From NCBI GenBank assembly GCA_048213135.1, contig PS015010.1, positions 372,001 through 436,000 of the forward strand: 64,000 nt of DNA, read 5' to 3'. Every line of letters begins with the position of its first letter. Positions within the stretch are counted from its first letter, which is position 1. The notes below the pieces were generated by a model that worked only from the letters and a program-made list of their open reading frames with translations, was not told where the DNA came from and made no database searches. Made by a program: the position numbers and the translations under genes. Source of the stretch: Reclinomonas americana ATCC 50394. Taxonomy: Eukaryota. This document shows, in pieces, positions 31,336 to 41,507 of this stretch.

Positions 31336-31776
31336 ATGGTGCACATCGTTTACCCGCCATATCAGCCCCGTATTAAATCGGAAAATAACAAAGAGTTCAT
31401 TTTCGATCCCCTGCGCAAACGGTGGACTGCCCTCACGCCCGAAGAGTGGGTGCGCCAGCATTTCATCGCCTATCTTACGCAGGTGATGCAGTACCCGGCT
31501 TCGCTGATAGCGGTGGAAAGGGAGATCAGTCTGCCCGGGCTGAAAAAGCGTTTTGATATTGTAGTGTATAACCGCGATGCCCAGCCCTGGATGATCGTGG
31601 AATGCAAAGAAATGAATGTACCGTTGAACGCTGCCGTGCTGGACCAGGTGCTGCGGTACAACCAGGTGATGCAGGTGCGTTATTTAGTGATCACGAACGG
31701 AAATGAGTGTTATGCCTTCGCGGGAAAGGAAGGTAAACTGGAAGAATTGGGAGCGTTACCTCCCTTCTCGGAATAA
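31336..31776 (+). CDS. Stand-alone HsdR N-terminal (HSDR_N_2) domain protein
   Basis: IFDPLRKRW..LTPEEWVRQ, RFDIVV, VECK, QVLRYN and ITNG. Confidence 0.88.
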   Translation: MVHIVYPPYQPRIKSENNKEFIFDPLRKRWTALTPEEWVRQHFIAYLTQVMQYPASLIAVEREISLPGLKKRFDIVVYNRDAQPWMIVECKEMNVPLNAAVLDQVLRYNQVMQVRYLVITNGNECYAFAGKEGKLEELGALPPFSE

Positions 31777-31826
31777 CAAAGACCTTTCCAAAGTTTGCAG
31801 GTGAAATAATTACTGAATACCGTTAT

Positions 31827-33230
31827 CTATTCTATCCCCAATTTTTCCAATGCATTCGCAACAGACCTGTCAGTTGAAAAATACTTTTTTTCAACCACTT
31901 CTGCCAGGCCGGGATCGTTCAGGGCTGTTCGCAGTGTTTGTAACAGGAATGTATAATCCGTAAAAGCAGTAGCGGTATTCAGAAGCGTGTGCATCCATTT
32001 CCACATACGGGCTTCACCAATTTCTTTTTCAATGGCGAGGAAAATAATGGGTGCGTAATAGTACACATATAGTTCCCTGTCGTTGTAATCCTTATTCGAA
32101 TTCACTTTCGCGAATGGTACGGCGTCAAAACCCCGCAGCATACGGGCTTTGTTTGTAAGCCGGGTGCGGAACACGCTGTCGCTGATCAGGATCCGGGTGG
32201 TGATGAAGGACAGGTATTCAGAAAAGCCCTCGCTCATCATATCGCCAAGCGCCGAGTTAAACGTTTTATACGTGCCGAAATAATAATGGCCCAGTTCATG
32301 AGCGATATAGGGCTTCGACCAGTCTGCCCTGGACTTGTCTGTAAACTTCTTCATGCCAAATTGCTGCCTGCCAATATTTACAATGGTGGGATAGGAAACA
32401 AAGAGCCAGGCATTTCGTTCTGATGTAGGTGTTGTTTGTATGTAAACGGGATTGCCTTTATAAGGGATATCCAGTTTTTCCTGCAGGAACGATTTGTAGG
32501 AATTGTTGATCGCGGCAAATTCCAGCAGGTCTTTCTCATTGATATCCGGGTTTAGAAAATAGCTTCCCCGGATGTTGGACACTTCATAGTTGCCGGCAAA
32601 CATCGTCAGCTGGTAAGGCACAGCGCTTTGCAGGTGTGCTTTGGTACCCTTAACGGGCAGGGAACCATTTACGTATATCGTATTGCAATCCGCACAATCG
32701 ATCTCGATATCATATTTCAGTTCCGCGTATTTCCGGTCATTTTTGATGTCGTACAACACCGGGTACCAGGCGCTTTGCCTGCCGTCTGTCCGTACGGAAT
32801 ACCCGTTGAACGCGATATTGCCTTTCCAGTCCTCGGCGCTGTATTCACCGGCGCCTTCAGGTATTACCGGGAACATACCCATATACCGGAACTGTATTTT
32901 TCCGGGGAGGAAGCGGTTTCCTCCGTTGCCGGCCGGAAAATAATACGCATTGGTTTCACCGGTAGACAGGGTGTCTGTGAACGACTTATCGAAACGCAAC
33001 AGGTTGTTATAATCGAGATCTTTAAAATAGAAAATGTTCATCCCGGAATTGATCCTGATCACATAATCCTTTATTGCCGGGATATCACTAAGGGTAAAGT
33101 CGCATTCCACAGTACCCTTTGTGATGGACAATTTTACTTTTCCTTTCAGGAATGGAATGGTGTCCTGGGCGGCAGAGTTCTGAAATGACAGGAAAGCGCA
33201 CGCCAGCAGCAGCGGAATTATTTTGGCCAT
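31827..33230 (-). CDS. Secreted gluzincin (M1-like) metallopeptidase
   Basis: Signal peptide; HELGH followed by 18 residues and E (HEXXH-18-E); distal LYVYY. Confidence 0.8.
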   Translation of the reverse strand: MAKIIPLLLACAFLSFQNSAAQDTIPFLKGKVKLSITKGTVECDFTLSDIPAIKDYVIRINSGMNIFYFKDLDYNNLLRFDKSFTDTLSTGETNAYYFPAGNGGNRFLPGKIQFRYMGMFPVIPEGAGEYSAEDWKGNIAFNGYSVRTDGRQSAWYPVLYDIKNDRKYAELKYDIEIDCADCNTIYVNGSLPVKGTKAHLQSAVPYQLTMFAGNYEVSNIRGSYFLNPDINEKDLLEFAAINNSYKSFLQEKLDIPYKGNPVYIQTTPTSERNAWLFVSYPTIVNIGRQQFGMKKFTDKSRADWSKPYIAHELGHYYFGTYKTFNSALGDMMSEGFSEYLSFITTRILISDSVFRTRLTNKARMLRGFDAVPFAKVNSNKDYNDRELYVYYYAPIIFLAIEKEIGEARMWKWMHTLLNTATAFTDYTFLLQTLRTALNDPGLAEVVEKKYFSTDRSVANALEKLGIE

Positions 33231-33634
33231 AAGATCGTTGATTTAACGGGTAGCCTTAGTAGAATAGGAGCGTGGTTTGAGTTAATGATGAACTGCTGAG
33301 TTTATTGCGTTGCATGGATGAGATGCCGCTGCAGGAAAAAACGCTGCCGCAACTTTTCACTGAAGTTATACATTTTTCCGGATCTTGGTTTGTTCTCAAC
33401 GGTTGCTGTTGAATACAGTACAACCGCTCAGGGGCTGGGCGATAGCAGTGGAAACCAAGCGCAGCGAAGGTTGTAACGCATAGCGCCTGCGAATGCTGAT
33501 GGAAGGATCATTGCTGAAAGCCCGGTAAAAAAACATCCCCGGGAAAAGTGTCCTTCGCCTTTATGTGGTCTTATCCTTTGTATTCCTTATGAGGCCGATG
33601 CCGGCGATACCCAGCAAGGATAATATGATTTCCG

Positions 33635-34972
33635 CTAAAACGGCCATTGTTTCCGCAATTTCGCCTGTACCAGGAATACCACAATGCCGCTTCCGAATAC
33701 GATCAAAAATGCGCCGATCACATTCAACCCTGTAGAGTAGAAAATAAAAGCCCAGAGTATAACGGCGAGTATAACAGGGAGCGGGTAGAGCGGCATTTTG
33801 TAAGGAAGCTGTTGGGTACCGTTCCTTTTGCGCAGCAGCACTACACCTATGGCCTGGCCAATGAACTGCACCACGATGCGCATGGCGAGTATACCGCTGA
33901 TGACATCGGCCATGCGGAAAAGCATACTGAAGATAAAAGCCAGCGCGGCCAGTACGAGCAGGCTTACATAAGGAAAGTTTTTTGTGGGGTGCAGTTTGGC
34001 GAATACTTTAAAGAAGGCACCGTCTACCGCCGCCGCATACGGCACACGGGAATAGCCCAGCATAACGGCGAATAGGGAAGCCAACGCCACCCACAGGATC
34101 ATCACCGTGGCCACATTGGCGGCACCGTGACCATATAATCTTTCAATGAAAGTGCTTACCACAAAACTCTCCTTGCTGTTTTGTATCTCCTGCCAGGGGA
34201 TCACGCTGGTCACACTCATATTCATGGCGAGGTAGAGTATGGCGATGCCGATAACGGAGATGAACATGCTGCGGGGAATATTTTTACCGGGATTGGTGAT
34301 CTCACCGCCGAGGTGGCAAACATTATAATAACCGAGATAGCTGTACATGGTTTTGATGCAGGCCTGCCCGAATGCGAAAGAGGCCAGGTGCATCCAGTCG
34401 AACCCGGTGTTGATATCGCGGAGCGGCTGAAAAAAATTGCCATGCGCAATTCCGCCGATGATGATCCACCCCAGGGTGAGTAGCACGCCGCTCCAGAGAA
34501 GCACGCCAATGCGGCCCACACTGTCGATCTTACGATAGAGCAATATGGTGATCACGACAATCACCAGTGCCGAAACCATTTTTTGCTGAAATACATCAAG
34601 ATGAACCAGGTAACCCAGGTACTGCGCAAAACCGATGGCCGCGGAAGCTGCCACCAGCGGGGCTTGTATCACCGTTTGCCATACGTAGAGGAAACTCATC
34701 ATGCGGCCCATGCCATTCTTACCGTAGGCTTCTTTGAGGAAGTTGTAACTGCCACCGGCGAGGGGATAGGCAGCGCCGAGTTCGCTCCAGATCATGGCAT
34801 CGATGAGTGATAATACGGCTCCCGCCACCCAGGCCCAGAGGTACATGCCGCCGATAAAGCCGATAACAATGGGCAGGCTCACAAAGGGGCCGATGCCTAC
34901 CATGTCGATCATATTCAATACCGTAGACTGGAACAATCCCAGCCTTCTTTGCAGCGTGCCCGTTCTATCCAT
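33635..34972 (-). CDS. APC family amino-acid permease
   Basis: MVGIGPF, WSELGAAYPLAGGSY and GGEITNP; about 12 TM segments. Confidence 0.92.
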   Translation of the reverse strand: MDRTGTLQRRLGLFQSTVLNMIDMVGIGPFVSLPIVIGFIGGMYLWAWVAGAVLSLIDAMIWSELGAAYPLAGGSYNFLKEAYGKNGMGRMMSFLYVWQTVIQAPLVAASAAIGFAQYLGYLVHLDVFQQKMVSALVIVVITILLYRKIDSVGRIGVLLWSGVLLTLGWIIIGGIAHGNFFQPLRDINTGFDWMHLASFAFGQACIKTMYSYLGYYNVCHLGGEITNPGKNIPRSMFISVIGIAILYLAMNMSVTSVIPWQEIQNSKESFVVSTFIERLYGHGAANVATVMILWVALASLFAVMLGYSRVPYAAAVDGAFFKVFAKLHPTKNFPYVSLLVLAALAFIFSMLFRMADVISGILAMRIVVQFIGQAIGVVLLRKRNGTQQLPYKMPLYPLPVILAVILWAFIFYSTGLNVIGAFLIVFGSGIVVFLVQAKLRKQWPF

Positions 34973-35055
34973 TCATTGAAAAATTTGAATGGGTAAAATA
35001 CAATTCAAAATTGAAAAAGGAGAATTAGGTGGGAAATTATCCGGATTTCGTAAAT

Positions 35056-35230
35056 AATTACTAATGACCAATTACGAATTACGAATTGTGCTGGTCATTT
35101 CAGGCAATCAATCATTATCAGCTTTCTAATTCAAGGCAGAATATTAGATATCCGTTGGAAAAAGGGGGCCGCATGAAAAATGCCTGCTGATCAGAATCGC
35201 AGGCATTCGTAATTAGTAATTCGTAATTGA
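35056..35230. repeat. Inverted pair of family A heptamer repeats
   Basis: aattactaatgaccaattacgaattacgaatt ... aggcattcgtaattagtaattcgtaattga; the right arm is the exact reverse complement of 38630-38659. Confidence 0.85.
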
Positions 35231-35234
35231 AAAC

Positions 35235-35762
35235 CTACCACTTCGCCGCGAACACTTTCATAAACTGCGGGAAGTCCTGCGTTTTATAAGCGCCTTCGCC
35301 AAAGAACTTTAACGGGGGTTCCAGTTCGGAAGGTTTCATATAACCGGAGAGGGGAGCGGGCTGCGCATCGATAGCGGAAAGCAGTACGGTAGTGGGGTAA
35401 CCCATACGGCCCTGTAATAAGGTTACGGCCAGATCGTGCGAACGGTAACCGCTGTTGTAACCGTATTGCTTACCGGCAAACTCCACCGCTTCGGTCGACT
35501 CGGCGTTGAACTTAACGGCGTAATATTTATCGTTGATGTACTCGATCACTTTGGCATTGCTGTAGGTTTCCCTGTCCATTACCTTGCACCAGCCGCACCA
35601 GTTGGTGTATACATCAATAATGATGGGCTTGGGATTTTTAGCGTAAGCGGCTTTCAGCTCAGTAAAACTCAACCACTTGATACCCTCTTTTTTTGCAGGC
35701 GTGAAGGCCATAAAAAGTAAGGGTACGGACAAAACCAGGACAAACCGGATAACCTTTTGCAT
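35235..35762 (-). CDS. Exported thioredoxin-fold protein (DUF255/Thioredoxin_7-like)
   Basis: Signal peptide, WCGWC and GYPTTV. Confidence 0.9.
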   Translation of the reverse strand: MQKVIRFVLVLSVPLLFMAFTPAKKEGIKWLSFTELKAAYAKNPKPIIIDVYTNWCGWCKVMDRETYSNAKVIEYINDKYYAVKFNAESTEAVEFAGKQYGYNSGYRSHDLAVTLLQGRMGYPTTVLLSAIDAQPAPLSGYMKPSELEPPLKFFGEGAYKTQDFPQFMKVFAAKW

Positions 35763-35807
35763 AAATCAATTGTTTTGTAGCTTAGACATTTACAAAAACG
35801 GAAATTA

Positions 35808-36368
35808 ATGCAAAAAATTGTTGTAGCCATAACCGGGGCGAGTGGTTCGGTATATGCCAAATTGTTACTGGGTAAGCTGTTGAGCGTGAAGCAACAATGG
35901 GAAGCGCTGTCGGTGGTAATGACGGATAATGCACAGGCAGTGTGGAAAACTGAGCTTGGCGATGAGGGCTTCCGCGACCTGCCGGTGACCTTTTTTGACA
36001 GTAAAGACTTCTATGCTCCTTTTGCTTCGGGCTCGGGGAAGTACGATACCATGATCATCATTCCCTGCAGCATGGGTACGCTGGGCCGAATTGCCGGGGG
36101 GATTTCCAATGACCTCATCAGCCGGGCAGCGGATGTTGTGCTGAAAGAAAGAAGAAAGCTCATCTGCGTGGTGAGGGATACACCTTATAACCTGGTCCAT
36201 ATCCGCAACATGGAAACGGTAACCCTGGCGGGAGGTATTATTTGTCCGGCCACGCCATCATTCTACAGCAAGCCGGTTACTATTGAAGACCTGGCTACCA
36301 CGGTGGTTGACCGGGTGCTTGACCTGGCGGGGATTGAAGTGACGACGTTTCGCTGGGGGAGTAAATAA
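35808..36368 (+). CDS. ubiX: Flavin prenyltransferase UbiX
   Basis: ITGASG, ASGS, PCSMGTL, RAADVVLKERRKL and PSFY. Confidence 0.95.
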   Translation: MQKIVVAITGASGSVYAKLLLGKLLSVKQQWEALSVVMTDNAQAVWKTELGDEGFRDLPVTFFDSKDFYAPFASGSGKYDTMIIIPCSMGTLGRIAGGISNDLISRAADVVLKERRKLICVVRDTPYNLVHIRNMETVTLAGGIICPATPSFYSKPVTIEDLATTVVDRVLDLAGIEVTTFRWGSK

Positions 36369-36440
36369 TTACGAATTACTAATTACGAATGGTGGGGTGG
36401 GGTGTGTATTTGTTTTTCTTCTCTGTATGACGTTTACAGG

Positions 36441-36471
36441 AAAAGAAAAGCCCTTGGTGTGGAAGGGCTTT
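36441..36471 (-). terminator. Terminator between convergent ubiX and lolA
   Basis: AAAGCCCTT-ggtgtgg-AAGGGCTTT with an A run on the left. Confidence 0.7.
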
Positions 36472-36535
36472 AAATAAATTATCAAATATTCTTGGTGCTG
36501 TATCTCGTATCCGGTATCTCACATCCTGCATCCGC

Positions 36536-37183
36536 TTACCTCAAATCAACCACATCCACTCCGGGGTATTTCTTGGCGTCGTAAATGAACAGGTTGTCCG
36601 CTACGGCAGCATTGCCATTCATCCCGCTTACGGCATAAGTAATACGGTTGCCGGCTTTCTCAAAAATTTTCGCTGAGCTGATGGTCTGTGTGGCTTTGTT
36701 GATAAACAGCAACACTTTGTGGAACGGTTTGGTCTTGTCGATGGGCGTCAGCTCAATCTCCTGTACATTACCGGCATTACTGTTGAGCTTATACAGGAAG
36801 TCCTTATCGTAAAAATTGGTGAACAGTTTTTGCGGGGTGATGGAACTGCCGGAGGCGTCCAGTTTGCTGATCGTCACTTCTTTGGCGGCATTGTCGAGCG
36901 TCCATACATTGGCACCATCACTGAAAATTTCCTGCCCGGTTACGCTGATGCGGTAGCGGGTACCTTTCATGTAAACCGTACCTGACTTATTGCCAATCAG
37001 CTTGTTGGCGCTGTTCTCGATCTTTAATGTGAATTTGGACTGAACCGCTTTAAAACTTTTGAACCTGGCGCTTACCGCGTCGAGTATCTTTTTAGCCTCG
37101 GGATCATTTTTCCCCATTCCTTTTGGTTGTGCTACTGCACCCAGTGAAACCAGCAGCAGCAATCCGCTTACAATTTTCTTCAT
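36536..37183 (-). CDS. lolA: Outer-membrane lipoprotein carrier LolA
   Basis: Signal peptide MKKIVSG..AVA; SDGANVW; C-terminal KYPGVDVVDLR typical of Bacteroidota LolA. Confidence 0.85.
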   Translation of the reverse strand: MKKIVSGLLLLVSLGAVAQPKGMGKNDPEAKKILDAVSARFKSFKAVQSKFTLKIENSANKLIGNKSGTVYMKGTRYRISVTGQEIFSDGANVWTLDNAAKEVTISKLDASGSSITPQKLFTNFYDKDFLYKLNSNAGNVQEIELTPIDKTKPFHKVLLFINKATQTISSAKIFEKAGNRITYAVSGMNGNAAVADNLFIYDAKKYPGVDVVDLR

Positions 37184-37235
37184 ATGTTGTATTAAAGTAA
37201 TAAATCTTACCCTAAGAGGGTGCAAATATAGTACC

Positions 37236-37267
37236 TATTAGACGTTTTATGGGGGCCGATGTTTAAT
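37236..37267 (-). promoter_or_regulatory. ECF-type promoter ATTAAAC-N16-CGTCTAATA upstream of lolA (a TATATTTG box also lies at 37223-37230)
   Basis: Minus strand reads attaaac atcggcccccataaaa cgtctaata. Confidence 0.55.
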
Positions 37268-37426
37268 TGCGCTATTTAAGAAACTGTTAATGTGCATTTT
37301 ACTCCAAAATAATTGGGATAAGCGGTCGTTTATCCCATACATAATGGCTAATTTGCAGCTACTTCAACTCCATATTTTTCGCTTCAGCTCCACTATTGTA
37401 ACTATTCATCATTTTAATTTATTAAC

Positions 37427-38626
37427 ATGACGGACAAAAATATTTCCTTGTCCCAGCGGGAGAATTATAACCCCTCCTCCTTTACGGAATTCCTGTGGTG
37501 GTTATCCACTGCCGAAAAGGAATTGCTGGCCGATTGCGTGGTCGACCGTAACCGTTACCGCATCATTGGTATGACGGTACTCGCCACCTGGTTATTCGCC
37601 ACTTTTGCCTGGACCTGCTTTTTCACCACCATTACCGGTCAATTGCCGATGGCTGTGGCACTGGGGCTGTTCATGGGCTTTGTGATCCTTACCATTGACA
37701 GGGCGCTGATCAAAGGCATCACCCGCTCGGGCAGGCGTAAAGCGGGGCCGCTTATCTTTCGTGGTATTCTTGCGCTTACCATCGGCACTTTTATGGCGCA
37801 ACCCGTGGTGCTGTTTATGTTCGATAAAGAGATCCGCCTGCAAACCTCGCTCGACAATGAACAAAGAAAAAAACAGAAACAGCAGGAACTCGAAACCTTT
37901 TACAAAGCTCAGCAAGTACAGGTACAACAACAGACCGCCACTATAAAAAAAGAACTGTCGGATAAATCCGACGCCGTGTCCACCGCCCGGCAGCAATTTC
38001 TTGCCGAAACCGATGGCAGCGGCGGAACGGGTAAAGTGGGTATTAAAGATATCGCCATCGCCAAACGCAATGAATACCAGAAGCTCGATGCCGAATACCA
38101 GGCCATGCTGAAAGAACGGCAACCGCAACTCGACAGTGCCAGTGCCGCATTGAAACGTATCGACGAAGCCAAACAGGCAGAACAGGCGCAGTTCGCCGCT
38201 TTATTCAATGATGGGTTTCTTACGCGTATAACCGCCCTCAGCAACATGCTGAAGAACAATGACGCGTTGCAGTACCGTTACTACCTGATCGTTTTTATCC
38301 TGATGCTGATCGAACTCATGCCGGTGATCGCAAAAAGCCTGCTGCCATCGGGAAGTTATGATGAGAAGGCGGCGTTGCGGGAAGAGATGGAGATCGAGAT
38401 CGCCCAGAGCAATGTGCGCAAGGAAATGCACCTGAAAGAAATGTATAACCAGCTGGCGCACGAAAATGACGCCGAAGTGATCAAGGCCTTCTTTGCCCTC
38501 ACCCGCGATGAACGAACGGAGAAGATCCGCGTATTCAGCAAAAAATGGAAAGAAGAACAGCACCACAGTTTCGACAGCTTCTGGGAAAGGATGAAGAAAG
38601 AGGTGCTGACGAAGCAGGAGAATTAA
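37427..38626 (+). CDS. DUF4407 family membrane protein
   Basis: IDRALI after TMs, coiled coil with ETDGSGGTGKVG, GFLTRITAL and IELMPVIAK. Confidence 0.85.
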   Translation: MTDKNISLSQRENYNPSSFTEFLWWLSTAEKELLADCVVDRNRYRIIGMTVLATWLFATFAWTCFFTTITGQLPMAVALGLFMGFVILTIDRALIKGITRSGRRKAGPLIFRGILALTIGTFMAQPVVLFMFDKEIRLQTSLDNEQRKKQKQQELETFYKAQQVQVQQQTATIKKELSDKSDAVSTARQQFLAETDGSGGTGKVGIKDIAIAKRNEYQKLDAEYQAMLKERQPQLDSASAALKRIDEAKQAEQAQFAALFNDGFLTRITALSNMLKNNDALQYRYYLIVFILMLIELMPVIAKSLLPSGSYDEKAALREEMEIEIAQSNVRKEMHLKEMYNQLAHENDAEVIKAFFALTRDERTEKIRVFSKKWKEEQHHSFDSFWERMKKEVLTKQEN

Positions 38627-38629
38627 TTA

Positions 38630-38737
38630 TCAATTACGAATTACTAATTACGAATGCCTTTGGTTGCTTAGTGTAAGCTGATCGTCCAAAGGCATTTTTG
38701 TTTTGAAAATGATTAGTAATTAGTCATTAGTAATTAC
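38630..38737. repeat. Family A heptamer repeats flanking a hairpin
   Basis: tcaattacgaattactaattacgaatgcct; stem aatgcctttgg/ccaaaggcatt; inverted attagtaattagtcattagtaatt. Confidence 0.8.
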
Positions 38738-38841
38738 TATTTCACAGTCATCCAGTATTGATGAATCCATTTTTGTTAATCTTCTTTTCAAAAGAATAAA
38801 AAATCATATATCTTTAATGTGTAAATAATACACATTGCTAT

Positions 38842-41367
38842 ATGAAAAAGATCTACTTCGTTGGGTTTTTTGTGCTTTTGTCATTCCTCTCACAGGCGCA
38901 GCAGGTATTTATGCAGGGCTGGTATTGGGATTATCCCAAAACGGCAGGCGGTTACAGCTGGGCCGACACGCTCAGGCTGAAAGCGGCCTCACTTAAAGCT
39001 TCGGGTATTACACACATCTGGTTTCCCCCGCATGCAGTGGCCAGTTTTGGTACCAACAGCAATGGTTACGATCCCAAAGATCTTTTCATCGGCGATCAAA
39101 CCACCGGCCTGGGCACCCGCCCGGCGCTCAACAATATGCTGGCGGAATTTACAGCACAAGGGATAGCTCCCGTAGCCGATATGGTATACAACCACCGCGA
39201 TGGCGGATCGGCAGAAGTGAATACTGCCGTGAAGGATTACATCACCAGTTACTATACAGCAGCCAAAGAACCTTTCCCATCCGATCGTTTTCGCTGCATC
39301 ATTCCACTGGGAGGCGCCAGCGGCAACGGGGCAGGGGATTATTATTTCAAGATCAGCTCCAAAACCGGCGATGGTCGTTTCAATAATTACGGTTATAAAC
39401 TCTACATGGAAACCCAAACTACCGGTTACCAGGGCCTGCCCGATCTGAATGAATCGGAACCCAATGGTGGTGGTGATTGCGGGCAGGCCAATAATAATAT
39501 ATCGCTGGGTAAAAATTTGTTTGCTACTGTTGAGACTGGTGGCGGTTGCAATACCGACGAGTTTCACCTGTTTATCAGCAGTTCCGATTTTAACGCGGCA
39601 GGAGATACACTCTACATCTACATGAGCAATACCGGTGGTTATTCCGATCACCGCATTTACGGGATATGGAGCGCATCCCGCTCGGCGGATATTGTGGGTG
39701 ATGTTCGTTACCAGACTTACACCGATTTCAGCAGTATGCCCAGCGGCCGCGGACAAATGAATTTCGAATTCTTTAAACCCAACAGCAGCAATGCATCTTC
39801 CACTTTCCTTAACGGCGACTGGGATGGTATGTACTTCTTTTATGATTACGACCAGTTCCAGAAAAGAACGCAGGACACCCTCATTGAGTGGACCAAATGG
39901 AACTGGGACGAACTGGGTGTTCGCGGATTGCGTATGGACGCGGTGAAACATTTTACACCCGCTTTTGTAGGTAAGATGCTCGACAGTATGCACAAGTATG
40001 GCAAAGACCCCGGGCTGGTGGTAGGCGAGTGGTACAGCACCAATACCAGCGAACTCAGCGGCTGGGTAAACAGCGTGAAATCAAACATGAGTGCCGGTGC
40101 GCAGGCGGCCATCCAGCCTAAAATATTCGACTTTGCCCTGCGGGAACAACTGCGCCAGGCTTGCGACAATGGAAGTTATGATACAAGAAATGTTTTTTCC
40201 GGCAGTCTGCACGATGCGGCCGGTATGAGCGGATTCAACGTAGTTACTTTCGCCAATAACCACGACTTCCGCGACGCATCAGGTTTTGCTTCATTGATCA
40301 GGAACAACACCGACCTGGCCTATGCTTACCTGCTTACGAATAACCAGCTGGGAGTGCCTACGGTTTTTTACCCGGATTATTACGGGTACCCGGCACCGTC
40401 AGGCGGACTCTACAGTTACCATCCCACCAACCTGCCGCCTTATAAAACAAGGATCGACGAACTGATGGGCGTACTCAAACTGTACATCAACGGATCACCT
40501 TCGGTGGATTACCTCAACCGTTTCAGCACACCGTACAACAGCAGTTACAGCAGCGGATCGGCGGATAAAGCGCTCATCTACCAGTTGCAGGGATCGGCAC
40601 TGAACGGCTTCCGTGATGTGATCGTTGCCATCAATTTCAGCAGCAACCGCCTGCAGGTAGATCAGCAAATCAATAACCGCGGCGGCACTTTAACCACAGG
40701 CACCCGCTTTTACGATGCTTTGGGTTATTCCGCTTTTCCTTACCAGCAATTAAGTGCTTCCTCGCAGGTATACATCGACCTGCCAGCTAAAAGTTATTCG
40801 GTTTGGGTACAGAATGTGGGGCCGCTGCCTTTGTCGTTATTGTCTTTCGCTGCCACGCCACTGAGCGGACAGGTAAATGTGCAATGGACTGTAGCCAACG
40901 AGGATGGGATAACGCATTATGAAGTGGAACGTTCTGCTGACGGGCGCATTTTCAGCAAGCTGGGCGAGGTCGCCGGTAATAACAGCGGCTCCTATATGTA
41001 TCCCGATAAAGCGCTTCCCGCATCGGGCTATGTTTATTATCGTTTGAAATGGACCGGTAAAGATGGCAGGATTCAGTACAGCAGCATCGTAAAAATAAAA
41101 TTGTCGGGCAGCGGCTTTTTAATGCAGGTATCGCCCAACCCGGTTGAAGGTAATATGGCTAAAATAATGATCACTTCACCCTCAACGGAAAACCTGCGGG
41201 TAAACCTGTACAATGCCACAGGGCAAAAAGTACTGGCAGAACACATACAAGTGCAGGCCGGAACGGGATGGTATACTTTGCCGGTGAACGGGTTGCCGGC
41301 CGGGCTATACAACCTGGTGATTGCCGGTAAAAGCGGGAGTTATACAGCCAGGCTGGTGAAACAATAA
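38842..41367 (+). CDS. GH13 alpha-amylase-like enzyme with T9SS type A CTD
   Basis: GYDPKD, DMVYNH, GLRMDAVKH, VGEWY, NNHD and GVPTVFY; PLPLSLLSF linker; SPNPV...GLY...RLVKQ CTD. Confidence 0.9.
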   Translation: MKKIYFVGFFVLLSFLSQAQQVFMQGWYWDYPKTAGGYSWADTLRLKAASLKASGITHIWFPPHAVASFGTNSNGYDPKDLFIGDQTTGLGTRPALNNMLAEFTAQGIAPVADMVYNHRDGGSAEVNTAVKDYITSYYTAAKEPFPSDRFRCIIPLGGASGNGAGDYYFKISSKTGDGRFNNYGYKLYMETQTTGYQGLPDLNESEPNGGGDCGQANNNISLGKNLFATVETGGGCNTDEFHLFISSSDFNAAGDTLYIYMSNTGGYSDHRIYGIWSASRSADIVGDVRYQTYTDFSSMPSGRGQMNFEFFKPNSSNASSTFLNGDWDGMYFFYDYDQFQKRTQDTLIEWTKWNWDELGVRGLRMDAVKHFTPAFVGKMLDSMHKYGKDPGLVVGEWYSTNTSELSGWVNSVKSNMSAGAQAAIQPKIFDFALREQLRQACDNGSYDTRNVFSGSLHDAAGMSGFNVVTFANNHDFRDASGFASLIRNNTDLAYAYLLTNNQLGVPTVFYPDYYGYPAPSGGLYSYHPTNLPPYKTRIDELMGVLKLYINGSPSVDYLNRFSTPYNSSYSSGSADKALIYQLQGSALNGFRDVIVAINFSSNRLQVDQQINNRGGTLTTGTRFYDALGYSAFPYQQLSASSQVYIDLPAKSYSVWVQNVGPLPLSLLSFAATPLSGQVNVQWTVANEDGITHYEVERSADGRIFSKLGEVAGNNSGSYMYPDKALPASGYVYYRLKWTGKDGRIQYSSIVKIKLSGSGFLMQVSPNPVEGNMAKIMITSPSTENLRVNLYNATGQKVLAEHIQVQAGTGWYTLPVNGLPAGLYNLVIAGKSGSYTARLVKQ

Positions 41368-41507
41368 GCAATTCAAAATTCAAAAGTAAAAATTCAAAAG
41401 GGGCCGGTTCTGCTGAGCTCCTTTTTTAATTTTTCCTTTTGACTTTTTACCTCCTCCCCGACAACCCGCTATCCGCCTTATCTCCTAATCCCTTATTTTT
41501 GCCAACC

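Noticed and set aside
30484-31461. Extended ORF-track starts for amn (also pyrG, purL, lolA, mutS, pheA, TraB)
   Set aside because: The extensions overlap promoters, terminators or the divergent gene; downstream ATGs match the expected family N-termini.
31336-31776. HsdR N-terminal domain as a restriction/defence system
   Set aside because: Stand-alone 146-aa domain with no hsdM/hsdS or helicase; it is commonly found beside amn in Bacteroidota core genomes.
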